Positions 27,715 to 36,881 of a DNA stretch of 64,000 nucleotides are shown here, piece after piece. The position numbers and the translations under genes were made by a program. The notes under the pieces were generated by a model that was not told the origin of the DNA, ran no database searches, and was given only the letters and a program-made list of their open reading frames with translations. Positions within the stretch are counted from its first letter, which is position 1. Each line of letters begins with the position of its first letter. Location of the stretch: positions 32,001-96,000 of the forward strand of contig BTVJ01000015.1 of assembly GCA_045863395.1 (NCBI GenBank), in the 5' to 3' direction. Origin of the DNA: Myxococcales bacterium. Its GTDB lineage: Bacteria > Myxococcota_A > UBA9042 > JABWCM01 > BTVJ01.

Positions 27715-30204
27715 TCACGCCTCGACGTCCGCCGGCGTCGGCACCAGGGTCAGGCGCACCCCCTCCACGTTGGCCTCCACCTCGCCCACGCCAAACCCGA
27801 TGGCATCTGCGCGCACGGCGGCCTGGAGCTCCGTCAGGATCGGCGCGATCTGCTCCCGCCAGTCGGCAGGCGCGTCGATGATCAGGGACTCGAGGCGCCG
27901 GCTGTTGGCGAGGCGCAGGGTCGTCCGCTGGTGCCGCACGGCGCCGAGCAGGTCGATCAGGCGGTCGCCCGCCTCGACCGGCTGCAACGAAGCCGCGTCC
28001 ACGCTCGGCCACGCCGTGACGTGCAGGCTCTTGACGCCCTCCACCCCGCGATAGATCCGCTGGTAGAGCGCCTCGGTAACGTGCGGCACGAAGGGCGCGT
28101 ACATCGCGAGCACGAGCCTCAGCGTCTTCACGAGCGTCACCTGGGCGGACAGGCGGTCCCGGTCCGTGTACGCGTCTCGCGTCCAGAACCGGTCCTTGAT
28201 CATCTCAAGCCAGTTGTCGCAGAAGTGGTGCCAGAAGAAGCGGTCGATGGCCTCCCGCGCCGTCCCGAACTCGTAGCGCTCCAGGGCGTCACCCACCTTC
28301 TGGAGCGTCGCGTTGGCGTGGTGCCACACCCACTGGTCGACGACGGTGCGCTCGCCGAGTGGCAGCTCCGTCGAAAAGTCGAAGCCCTCCAGGTACATGA
28401 GCCCGAAGCGGGACGCGTTCCACAGCTTCGTCAGGAGCCGCTTGCCCGCCTTGACGTCCCGCTCGTTGTAGCGCAGGTCGTACCCGAGCCCGGCCCCCGT
28501 CGCCCAATACCGGAGCGAGTCGGCGCCGTACTTCGTGATGACCTGGTAGGGGTCATAGCGGTTGTAGCCGTCCGCGTCCGTGGACTTCTGCAGGTCGCGC
28601 TTCGAGATCTTCTTGCCCTGCTCGTTGAGCCCCCACCCGCTGATCATCACGTCCCGCCAGGGCAGGCTGTCCGTGTGGAAGTGGCTCTTGACGACCGTGT
28701 AGAACAGCCAGGTGCGGATGATCTCGAAGGCCTGCACCCGCACGCTCATCGGGTAGAGCGCCCCCATGCGCGCGCCATCGTCCGCGGCCCACCCCGCGTT
28801 GATCAGCGGCGTGCCCGACGAGGTCATCCACGTGTCCATGACGTCCGTCTCGGGCCGGAAGGCCGTCCCGCCGCACGACGCGCACGACAGGACCGGAGGC
28901 GCGCTCTCCGTGGGATCGACAGGGAGGTCCGCCCTGTCGGCGAGCACGTGCTGGCCGCAGGTCGCGCAGAACCACACGGGGAACGGCACGCCGTAGAAGC
29001 GCTGCCGGCTGATGTTCCAGTCCCACTTCAGGCCGTTGACCCAGTCCCGGTAGCGCACCTGCATCCACTCGGGGAACCACCCGAGCGCCTCGCCCCGCGC
29101 CAGCAGGGCGTCCTTGTGCTCCAGCACCTTGATGAACCACTGGGGCACCACGGCGAACTCGATGGGGGTCGAGCACCGCTCGTGGATGCTGACGCTCTGG
29201 TCGATGGGCTTCTCCCCGCGCAGGTCGCCGGTCTCCGCCAGCCGCTCGACGATGCGCTTGCGCCCGACGATGAGGTCCAGCTCGGCGAACTCGCCCGCCA
29301 GCTCGTTGAGGCGCCCGCTCCGATCCATGACGATGCGCAGGTCCAGGCCGTCGCGGCGCCACTTGTCCACGTCCTCCACGTCGCCGAAGGTGCAGACCAT
29401 CATCAGGCCCGTCCCGAACGTCGGGTCCACCGACGGGTCCGTCTTGATGGGCACCCGGTGGCCGAACACCGGCACCACGGCCTCCGCCCCAACCAGGTGC
29501 TGGTAGCGGGCGTCCTCGGGGTGGAAGTACATGGCGACACAGGCGGGGATCAGCTCCGGCCGCGTCGTGGAGATCACGAGGTCGCTGCCGTCCGCCGCGT
29601 GGAACGCGACGTCCCAGATCCTACCCTTGCGGTCGAGGCTCTCCAGGTCCGCCTGGGCCAGCGACGTGCGGCAGTGAGTACACCACAGGATGGGATCGTT
29701 GCGGCGCTCGATGAGCCCCCGCTCCAGGAGCTCGATGAAGCTCCGCTGGGACGTGTGCTGGCACCGGGGGTCGATGGTCGAGTACGTCTCGCTCCAGTCC
29801 ACGCTGAGCCCGAGGGACTGCCACAGCTCCTTGTAGACCTGGGCGCCGGCGCGGGTCTCCTGCAGGCACAGCGCGATGAACTCGCTCCTGGTCATGGAGC
29901 CGTGCTTGATGTCGTACTTCTGCTCGACGTAGCGCTCGGTGGGCAGGCCGTTGTCGTCGAAGCCCATGGGGTAGTAGACCCGGTGGCCCTTCATGCGCTT
30001 GTACCGGACCACGAACTCCGCCTGGGCGTAGCTCATGGCGTGGCCCACGTGCAGGTGCGCCGCCGACACATAGGGAGGCGGCGTGTCCACGCTGAACACC
30101 GGGCCGTCCCCATCCGGGTCCCAGCGGTAGACCTGCTCGCGCTCCCACAGCTCGTGGCACTCGCGCTCGATCTGCGCGATGTCGTAGTCCTTGTCCAGCT
30201 CCAT
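27715..30204 (-). CDS. valS: Valine--tRNA ligase, archaeal/type-2-like
   Basis: FSVDTPPPY, HVGH (HIGH), GFDDNGLPTE, TTRPE, GTGLMMVCTFGD, WNISRQRFYG, DTWMTSS, IIRTW, KISKR. 829 aa, no evident C-terminal coiled-coil. Confidence 0.92.
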   Translation of the reverse strand: MELDKDYDIAQIERECHELWEREQVYRWDPDGDGPVFSVDTPPPYVSAAHLHVGHAMSYAQAEFVVRYKRMKGHRVYYPMGFDDNGLPTERYVEQKYDIKHGSMTRSEFIALCLQETRAGAQVYKELWQSLGLSVDWSETYSTIDPRCQHTSQRSFIELLERGLIERRNDPILWCTHCRTSLAQADLESLDRKGRIWDVAFHAADGSDLVISTTRPELIPACVAMYFHPEDARYQHLVGAEAVVPVFGHRVPIKTDPSVDPTFGTGLMMVCTFGDVEDVDKWRRDGLDLRIVMDRSGRLNELAGEFAELDLIVGRKRIVERLAETGDLRGEKPIDQSVSIHERCSTPIEFAVVPQWFIKVLEHKDALLARGEALGWFPEWMQVRYRDWVNGLKWDWNISRQRFYGVPFPVWFCATCGQHVLADRADLPVDPTESAPPVLSCASCGGTAFRPETDVMDTWMTSSGTPLINAGWAADDGARMGALYPMSVRVQAFEIIRTWLFYTVVKSHFHTDSLPWRDVMISGWGLNEQGKKISKRDLQKSTDADGYNRYDPYQVITKYGADSLRYWATGAGLGYDLRYNERDVKAGKRLLTKLWNASRFGLMYLEGFDFSTELPLGERTVVDQWVWHHANATLQKVGDALERYEFGTAREAIDRFFWHHFCDNWLEMIKDRFWTRDAYTDRDRLSAQVTLVKTLRLVLAMYAPFVPHVTEALYQRIYRGVEGVKSLHVTAWPSVDAASLQPVEAGDRLIDLLGAVRHQRTTLRLANSRRLESLIIDAPADWREQIAPILTELQAAVRADAIGFGVGEVEANVEGVRLTLVPTPADVEA

Positions 30205-30235
30205 GCGGCTCCCTCGACGTGTGCGGCCTCCCGCG

Positions 30236-30265
30236 CTTTTACGGGGCGCGGGCCGGCGGTGTCAA
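30236..30265 (-). promoter_or_regulatory. Sigma70-type promoter of valS
   Basis: Minus strand TTGACA-N18-TAAAAG upstream of the GAGGGAG RBS. Confidence 0.5.
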
Positions 30266-30363
30266 GGGCAGGGAGAGGCCCGCTGGGAGCAGGGTCAGGG
30301 ACGCGGAGACTCCGGGTCGTGCAGCGAGGGCGCACCTGCGGGCCCCCAGCCAGGCGCGGGGGA

Positions 30364-33300
30364 TCAGGGCTCGTGCTTCAGGCCGTGCCCCCCGTGACAG
30401 GACTGCTCCTTGGCGTCATGCAGCCCTCTCTCGACGAGCGCCCGAGTCGCGGGAATGGGCTTGCGGTTGTCGCCCTTGGAGCCCGGCTTGGGGGCGGGCG
30501 GCAGCGGCGGCACCTTCACGCCATCGAGGGGCGGCTTCCACCCGCCGCCGTCCACGTCCACGAAGAGGGGATTCGTGAACGCGAGGGCCCGCGCGGCATC
30601 CATCACGATGGGCCGCACGTCCCCCGAGGCTGCCTTGTTGCCGGTCGCCAGGACCACGTACCAGGCGTCCTCCCCGGGCTCCAGATCGAAGACCACGGTC
30701 TTGACGTAGCGGGCCCCCGGCGCGCCGCCCTCCACGGCGGGCATCAGGTCCGCCTCCGTCATCTCCACGTCCTGCGAGAAGGCGACCGGAGGCTTGGTCT
30801 CGACGAGCTGCCCCGGCGGCGTCACGATGGACGTCGCGTTGCTGAACACCTCCACCTTGTCGACGGTGTACCAGCGCGGCGTCTGGATGTTGACGACGAG
30901 CTGCATCGCCTTGCCCGAGAGGGCCAGCGTCTCGCCGACCTCCGCCTCGTCCCCGGTCGCCGGGTCCACGAGCCGCACGTCGAGCAGCGGCCCGTTCGAC
31001 CCCACGAGCCGCCCGGCGTTGACCGCCGCCGCGAACGCAGCCGCGTCCAGCGGCGCGATGGTGTCCTTCCCCTCCGGCATCCGCACGTACGAGCACGGGA
31101 CGCCGCCCGGGTCCTTGATCAGGCTGTGGGTGTCCGTCACCGCGGTGCCCGTCACGCGGAAGCCCCGGTTCAGGAAGGTCATCCACCAGTTTGTCGTGGA
31201 CCAGAGCTTGGTCACGCTGAAGCCGTTGTAGAGCTCCATCGCGGTGAACTTCTCGCTCCAGAGCTTTGTGTCCCCGGTCACCGGGTCCTTCTCGATGGGC
31301 GCCATGCGGAAGGCCTCGGGCTCCGCGAAGGTCATGCCGGTGGCGGCGTCCAGGTCCACAGCGAAGAAGTACCCGCTGTTCGGGTGGTTCACCTGGATGA
31401 CCTGCTCCCCGGGGAACGCGTGGAGCGCGTCGAAGATGGAGTCAGGCGTCAGGCAGGGCCCGTCGCCCCCGGCCCAGTCCACGGCGCCGCCATTGCGCGC
31501 CTCCAGGTCCGCGACGAGGGGGAACGAGTTGTAGTGCCCATAGTCGAAGGTGGTCAGCTCCACCCCGACGATGCTCGCGAGCCAGCCCTCGCCGCCGAGC
31601 TCCGCGATCACGGGCGCGTAGTCCGTGACGAAGTCGTGGTCCGTGGATACGAGGACGTCGGTCGCCTCCGCCATGAAGCTCGCCACCCGGCTCCGGTTGC
31701 CCACCGGCGCGTCCGGCGAGTTGACCGCGTGGACGTGGAGGTCGCCGGACAACCAGCCCGCCGTGTCCAGCGCCTTCGCCACGACGGGGAACAGCTCGAC
31801 CGTCTGGCCCGGCTCCACCGTGATCGCGTGCCCGGGGTTCTTGGCGACGTCGTAGTCCTCAGGCCAGAGCGTATGGGTCGTCCCCCGGGAGACCACCACC
31901 CGGTACTTCCCCGGCGGCAGCGGGATGGTCGCCTCGCCGGAGACCCCCACCCGCTCCACGGCGCCCTGGTGGTTGAAGTCGTAGGTCACGTCCCGGTTCT
32001 GCGACGTCGGCGTCACCGCGCACGGCCCGTCGCAGGTCACGCGCACCTTGGCGGGCGTGGGCTGGCCGGCCGGGTTCGTGACCTTCACCGAGAGGGCGCC
32101 CGGCAGGCTGAAGGGCACGGTCGCCTCCTCCATGGCGCCGGCCTCCACGCTGACCTGCGGCTTCTGCAGCGCGGAGCGCCCCGGCGCGATGGCGTCGAGG
32201 GTGTAGGTCCCCGGCGGCACCGCGGCGGTGAACGTGCCGTCGGCGGCGCTCACGGCCTGGGTGATCGCCGCCCCCTTGGCGTCGACGAGGCTGACGCGCG
32301 CGCCCGCCACGGGCGCCCCGCCCGCGTCGCTCGCCGCGCCCAGCACCTGCCCCAACGCTACGCCGCGCTCCTTCCACACGAACTCCGTCGCCGAGGCGAG
32401 CGCCCCGTCGCCCATGTGGACCCAGCGCTCGGCGGTCACGGTGCCGCCCGGCTCCACCGCGTGCCGCGCCTCGTGGGGCGCCGCGTTGGCGCCGCCGAGC
32501 AGCGCCCCGAGGGGATCGTCCGTCCCGAGCACGAGCCCGGCGACCCCCGAGATGGTCAGGTAGCCAGCCCCTGGACGCCCGTCATCCAGAGGGCGCGGCG
32601 CATAGATGTGAGCCGTCGCGTCCGCCTTGAAGCCGAGGAAGTCCATCTTCTCCTGGGCGAAGCCCCCGTACCCGAAGCCCTTGAGGGCGCTGGCCGGGTT
32701 GAAGAACTCCACCACCCCGCCGCTGTCGATGAGCTCGCCGAAGATCACGGGCATGGTCTCGCCACCGTCGTTCCGCACGGCCGTGACCATGCGCACCCCC
32801 CGGTCCTGCGGTCGCAGGATGTAATAGGTGGTGACCGTGCCGGTGATGTCGGTGTCCGGGTCCACCGCGAAGTCCAGCGGGATCCCCACCCACTGGCTGA
32901 TGGCGCCCTTGAGGTTCAGGAAGTCGAGGGTGCGCTCGATGCCCGTCACCGCGATCACGGCGGCGCCGTCGGTGCCATCGTGCAGGACCTCGTAGGTCTC
33001 GCCGTCCAGCGTCATGCCCAGGTTCAGGAAGAGGCACACGGCGCCGATGGAGTCTCGCCCGGGCTCCCCCGCCGGGCGGACGATGTCGCCGTCGATCAGC
33101 CCGCCGCCGTAGGGGCAGACCCCGATGGCCCGCGACTCACCCTGGACGATGAACCGGACGTGGTCGTTGCCGATGAGCCAGTCACCGACGCGCGCGGTCG
33201 CCGCGTCGCCTCCGATCAGGTCGCCCTCTGCGGTGATCTGCCGCGCGTAGGCGCCGCCGCCCTCCGAGCTGGCCACGAAGGGCGCGAGGTCGATGACGAC

Positions 33301-33600
33301 GCGCTCGCCCTCCTGTGGCGGGTCTACGAGGCCGGTGTCGACAGCGTCCGCGGCATCCTCGGCGCCCCCGGTGTCCGGCGTCACATCGCCGGCGTCCACC
33401 CCCGGGCCCGAGTCTGCGCCCGCGTCCCCGGCGACGTCTGGCGCGCCCGGGACGTCCGGCGCCCCCGCCACGTCTGCCGGGCCCTGAGCGTCGCCAGCCC
33501 CTGTGTCGGCTGCTCCGGCGTCCGGCGAAGCGGAGCCCCCGTCGTCGCCACACGCGACGAGCAGGGCGCTCGCAAAGAGGCTCAGGGCGATGCGGCGCAT
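30364..33600 (-). CDS. CehA/McbA-family (PHP-like) metallohydrolase lipoprotein with carboxypeptidase-regulatory-like domains
   Basis: GGAGGG RBS, lipobox LVAC-GDDG, GDLHVHA..SPD, STDHD, GVELT...GHYN, NHP, TDTH, SNGP, AFTNP. Confidence 0.85.
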   Translation of the reverse strand: MRRIALSLFASALLVACGDDGGSASPDAGAADTGAGDAQGPADVAGAPDVPGAPDVAGDAGADSGPGVDAGDVTPDTGGAEDAADAVDTGLVDPPQEGERVVIDLAPFVASSEGGGAYARQITAEGDLIGGDAATARVGDWLIGNDHVRFIVQGESRAIGVCPYGGGLIDGDIVRPAGEPGRDSIGAVCLFLNLGMTLDGETYEVLHDGTDGAAVIAVTGIERTLDFLNLKGAISQWVGIPLDFAVDPDTDITGTVTTYYILRPQDRGVRMVTAVRNDGGETMPVIFGELIDSGGVVEFFNPASALKGFGYGGFAQEKMDFLGFKADATAHIYAPRPLDDGRPGAGYLTISGVAGLVLGTDDPLGALLGGANAAPHEARHAVEPGGTVTAERWVHMGDGALASATEFVWKERGVALGQVLGAASDAGGAPVAGARVSLVDAKGAAITQAVSAADGTFTAAVPPGTYTLDAIAPGRSALQKPQVSVEAGAMEEATVPFSLPGALSVKVTNPAGQPTPAKVRVTCDGPCAVTPTSQNRDVTYDFNHQGAVERVGVSGEATIPLPPGKYRVVVSRGTTHTLWPEDYDVAKNPGHAITVEPGQTVELFPVVAKALDTAGWLSGDLHVHAVNSPDAPVGNRSRVASFMAEATDVLVSTDHDFVTDYAPVIAELGGEGWLASIVGVELTTFDYGHYNSFPLVADLEARNGGAVDWAGGDGPCLTPDSIFDALHAFPGEQVIQVNHPNSGYFFAVDLDAATGMTFAEPEAFRMAPIEKDPVTGDTKLWSEKFTAMELYNGFSVTKLWSTTNWWMTFLNRGFRVTGTAVTDTHSLIKDPGGVPCSYVRMPEGKDTIAPLDAAAFAAAVNAGRLVGSNGPLLDVRLVDPATGDEAEVGETLALSGKAMQLVVNIQTPRWYTVDKVEVFSNATSIVTPPGQLVETKPPVAFSQDVEMTEADLMPAVEGGAPGARYVKTVVFDLEPGEDAWYVVLATGNKAASGDVRPIVMDAARALAFTNPLFVDVDGGGWKPPLDGVKVPPLPPAPKPGSKGDNRKPIPATRALVERGLHDAKEQSCHGGHGLKHEP

Positions 33601-33710
33601 GGTGCGACCCTCCTGTGACATGGACGTGTCATCGGCGTGACGGGCCGCAGTCTACCCGCCAGGGTCGGTCATCGCCACAGGAAACGGCCGCTCACGGGGC
33701 CCAGCGCGGA

Positions 33711-34442
33711 TCACACGCCGAGCAACGCCGGCAGGATCTCCCCCGCCTTGCCCTGGATGAAGTGGTCGAACTCCCCCTGGTTCTCGGCCGGGTCCTTGTT
33801 GACCAGCACCGTGCGGGCGCCGGCCCGGCGGGCGGCGTGGGCGAGCCCGGCGGCGGGGTAGACGGCCCCTGACGTCCCGATGGCCATGAACAGCGTGCAG
33901 GTGGTCGCCGCCCGCTCCACGGCCTGCAGGTCCTTGCGGTTGAGCAGCTCGCCGAACCACACCACGTCCGGGCGGGACATGCGGCCGCAGTGCGGGCAGG
34001 TGGGCATCCCCTCGGGGTGGCTCACCGGATCCTCCCACGCGACCATGAAGCCGTCGCAGCCGATGGAGGTGCACTTGCTCCTGAACAGGTTGCCGTGGAT
34101 CTCGATCAGCCGCTCCGAGCCCGCCCGCCGGTGCAGCCCGTCCACGTTCTGGGTGACCAACAGCATGCGCTCCCCGAGGCGCCTCTCCAGGGCGACGAGC
34201 GCCTTGTGGGCGGGGTTGGGGTGGCAGTCCTTGGCCTGATCCCGGCGCGCTCCATAGAAGCGCCACACCTTCTCGGGATCGCGCCGGAAGCCCTCCGGTG
34301 AGGCGATGTCGTAGATGTCGTGGTGCTCCCAGAGGCCGCCCGCGTCGCGGAAGGTCTGGATGCCGCTCTCGGCGCTGACGCCGGCTCCGGTCAGGATCAC
34401 GAGGCGGTCGGTGGCCGAGATGCTGAGTGGCGTGACGTGCAT
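33711..34442 (-). CDS. cobB: NAD-dependent protein deacylase (class III sirtuin)
   Basis: GGAGG RBS, TGAGVSAESGIQTFR, YxxR (FYGAR), TQNVDGLH, HG, Zn Cys pairs, RPDVVWFGE, GTSGAVYPAA. Confidence 0.93.
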   Translation of the reverse strand: MHVTPLSISATDRLVILTGAGVSAESGIQTFRDAGGLWEHHDIYDIASPEGFRRDPEKVWRFYGARRDQAKDCHPNPAHKALVALERRLGERMLLVTQNVDGLHRRAGSERLIEIHGNLFRSKCTSIGCDGFMVAWEDPVSHPEGMPTCPHCGRMSRPDVVWFGELLNRKDLQAVERAATTCTLFMAIGTSGAVYPAAGLAHAARRAGARTVLVNKDPAENQGEFDHFIQGKAGEILPALLGV

Positions 34443-34474
34443 GGACGGACCTCCCTTCGTCGTCGCCAGCCATC

Positions 34475-34503
34475 TTGCCACGATTCGAGGGGTTTGCTAG
34501 CCT
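34475..34503 (+). promoter_or_regulatory. Sigma70-type promoter of the PilZ-led operon
   Basis: TTGCCA-N17-TAGCCT with TGn extended -10. Confidence 0.55.
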
Positions 34504-34547
34504 CGTGTCGCTTGGACCACCGAAGTGCACCAACCAGGGAGTTCGCC

Positions 34548-34931
34548 TTGAGCAGCAAGACCCCGTCCGGCAGCGAGCGCCGCCGCAGCCCCCGCATCCC
34601 GACAGACCAGAAGGCGCGGCTCGGGGGCGAGCGGACCATGCCGGAGTGCCAGTGCATCAACATCAGCCTCGGGGGCATCTACTGCACCCTGAGCGCTCCG
34701 GTGCCGCTGTACACGCGCATGGAGGTGACCCTCGCGCTGCCGATCACCGACGGCGAGGGGCTCACCCGCGACATCCCGGTGAGCTTCGAGGGCGCCGTCG
34801 TCCGCATCGACGACCCGCCCGAGGGCGAGGCCGGCGTCCGCGCGGCGCTCGTGTTCCAGAGCATGGACGACGACACGGAGTGGGTCATCGGGAAGTACCT
34901 GCTGCAGAACTACAGACGGTGGCGCGAGTGA
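34548..34931 (+). CDS. Stand-alone PilZ domain protein
   Basis: AGGGAG RBS, TTG start, RRSPR (RxxxR) and NISLGG ([D/N]xSxxG) c-di-GMP motifs. Confidence 0.85.
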   Translation: MSSKTPSGSERRRSPRIPTDQKARLGGERTMPECQCINISLGGIYCTLSAPVPLYTRMEVTLALPITDGEGLTRDIPVSFEGAVVRIDDPPEGEAGVRAALVFQSMDDDTEWVIGKYLLQNYRRWRE

Positions 34932-36283
34932 GGCCCGCCTTCAGGCTCGGCTGCGCTCTCGGGGTCCTCGGCGCCCTCAGCCCCTTCACCCAGGACGCCC
35001 AGGCGATGACGGACACCGCGTCGTCCTGCCCGACGACGCCGCTGGTGACCCGCTTCTCCGTGTCCCGTACCTGGCCCGCCGAGGGCGGCACGTTGCCCGC
35101 CAACCGGCCGGTGCTCATCGAGCTGAGCGCGCCCCCGCGGGTCCCCGAGACCCCCGATCAACCGGTCACCGTCGTCGCGCCCAAGGCCTTCGAGCTGTCC
35201 GGCGGCGCCATCTTCGGCGTCACGTCGTCCCGCAGCGACTATGGCACCGTCCGCTACCTGCCCGGACCCATGGCCGAGTGGGCGCCGACCGAGTGGGACG
35301 CGTCCTTCGAGCGACACATGATGGTGCAGCTCAACGTGTATGAGCTGACCCCCGACGGGTCATCGAAGCTCGGGCAGCTCGTGCCGGGCCAGGCGTACAC
35401 CTTCAAGATGCTCGTGGGCGCGTCGGACGACGACCCGTCCGCCTTCGAGGAGTGGGAGCTCCACTTCACGGCCGGAGATCCGGCGCCAGCGGCCGCTGAC
35501 CCCGTGACGGGCCCCTATCACTCCATGGCCGCAGACTCGGGCTGCGAAGAGATCCACCTCGACTGCACCAGCGCGCCGGACTGCTCGGCCACCTGCGCCC
35601 AGGTCGGCAACCTCCAGAGGGTCCGCCACACGCTGGACGTCGATGGCGGCAACGTGCCCCTGTCCGCCGACGACCCGTGGCTCCTCGACCTCCAGCTCTC
35701 GGACTACGGCTTCACCTTCCGCCAGCTCCGCTTCCCCGGCGACGACCCGGCGACCGTTGGCGCGATCATCGACACCTTCCAGTCGGCGACGGACAAAGGC
35801 GTCACCGTCTGCGCCAAGGTCACCATATCGGTGCCCGGTGGTGGCTCCGTGACCAGCGACGAGGCCTGCGACACGGCGGAGGGCGTCCCGGACTTCTGCA
35901 CGGGCGGCGTCGTGCCCCCGCAGGACGCCGGCGCCACCGACGGCGGGCACACCCCGCAGGACGCCGGCCCCACGGACGCTGGCGCACACGACACGGGGGC
36001 GGCGGGGCCGAAGGACTCCGGGGGCGCCGCGCCGGACGCGGGTGGTGGTGGCGCGGACACCGGCGGCAGCCCTGTCCCCTACGACGCCCTCGGAGGCGAC
36101 ATCTCCGGCGACGGGCTCGGCGGCCTCTTCGGCGGAGCGGGCGTGAACCTCCCCGTCTCCGACGACGGCTGCGGCTGCAACCAGGCGGCCCGTCGCGCCG
36201 GGTCGCCGTCGTCCAACGGCTGGCCGACGGCCCTCGCCGCGGTGGCCCTGTGGTTCGCGCTGCGCCGTCGCTCCGACGCGTGA
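34928..36283 (+). CDS. Secreted protein with MYXO-CTERM-like sorting tail
   Basis: GTGA overlap start, signal peptide, DAG-rich linker, C-terminal GCGC..hydrophobic helix..RRR. Confidence 0.75.
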   Translation: MRPAFRLGCALGVLGALSPFTQDAQAMTDTASSCPTTPLVTRFSVSRTWPAEGGTLPANRPVLIELSAPPRVPETPDQPVTVVAPKAFELSGGAIFGVTSSRSDYGTVRYLPGPMAEWAPTEWDASFERHMMVQLNVYELTPDGSSKLGQLVPGQAYTFKMLVGASDDDPSAFEEWELHFTAGDPAPAAADPVTGPYHSMAADSGCEEIHLDCTSAPDCSATCAQVGNLQRVRHTLDVDGGNVPLSADDPWLLDLQLSDYGFTFRQLRFPGDDPATVGAIIDTFQSATDKGVTVCAKVTISVPGGGSVTSDEACDTAEGVPDFCTGGVVPPQDAGATDGGHTPQDAGPTDAGAHDTGAAGPKDSGGAAPDAGGGGADTGGSPVPYDALGGDISGDGLGGLFGGAGVNLPVSDDGCGCNQAARRAGSPSSNGWPTALAAVALWFALRRRSDA

Positions 36284-36873
36284 TCCCGCTCGCCCGATCC
36301 CTCGTGGTGCTCCTGGCGAGCGGCGCGGCCATGGCGGCTCCCCCGCGCGACGCCGACGACCCGTCCTCTGCGGCCCGCCGTTCAGCGGAAGCTGGGGCCC
36401 CGGCGGCCCCGAACTCCCAGACCCGTGAGATCCGGCTCGACGTTCCGGCGCAGTGCGGTGGCCCGGCCATGGTGGCGCTGCGGGCGGAGCTCCTGGCCAT
36501 GGAGACCGGCGACCCCCAGTACTACGTGGAGCTGTGGAGCGACAGGCAGACCTACCGGATCCACGACGAGGTCTACTACTACGTGCGCACCAACCGCGCG
36601 TCCTACGCGACGCTGTTCTGGCTGGGACCGGACGACAGCGTCTTCATGCCCTTCTCCAACATCCCCCTGGAGGCGGAGCGGACCCACCGCCTCGACCCCG
36701 ACAACATCGTCGTCGAGCCCACCGGCCGCGAGACGTGGCGCCTGGTCGCCACCATCGAGCCGCAGAGCTTCCCGTGCGCCCCGGACGAGCCCGCGCTCCT
36801 CGCCGAGCTGTCGCGCCTGCGGTCCGGCTTTCACGCGGTCGCCCGGTGGGAGGTCACCTCCACGTCCCGCTGA
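36280..36873 (+). CDS. DUF4384-like exported protein
   Basis: GTGA overlap start and signal peptide. VELWSDRQTYRIHDEV..VRTNRASYATLF..VEPTGRE..LVAT pattern. Confidence 0.7.
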   Translation: MIPLARSLVVLLASGAAMAAPPRDADDPSSAARRSAEAGAPAAPNSQTREIRLDVPAQCGGPAMVALRAELLAMETGDPQYYVELWSDRQTYRIHDEVYYYVRTNRASYATLFWLGPDDSVFMPFSNIPLEAERTHRLDPDNIVVEPTGRETWRLVATIEPQSFPCAPDEPALLAELSRLRSGFHAVARWEVTSTSR

Positions 36874-36881
36874 GCACCGCC

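Noticed and set aside
27409..33618. 2069-aa plus-strand ORF, and many other long antisense or alternative-frame ORFs in the track
   Set aside because: It is the antisense shadow of cupin, valS and the CehA-like gene. Stop-poor frames are expected at this GC and GC3, and the translation has no recognisable motifs.
33711..34442. Sirtuin (and the SLOG gene at 56202-56768) as an anti-phage NADase system
   Set aside because: The sirtuin is a canonical Zn-binding CobB with YxxR. The SLOG gene is 22 kb away and coupled to htrA. No TIR, HerA or Argonaute partner is present.
35915..35990. 36-bp tandem duplication (PQDAGATDGGHT / PQDAGPTDAGAH)
   Set aside because: Ordinary slippage in a low-complexity linker; covered by the acidic-tether finding.
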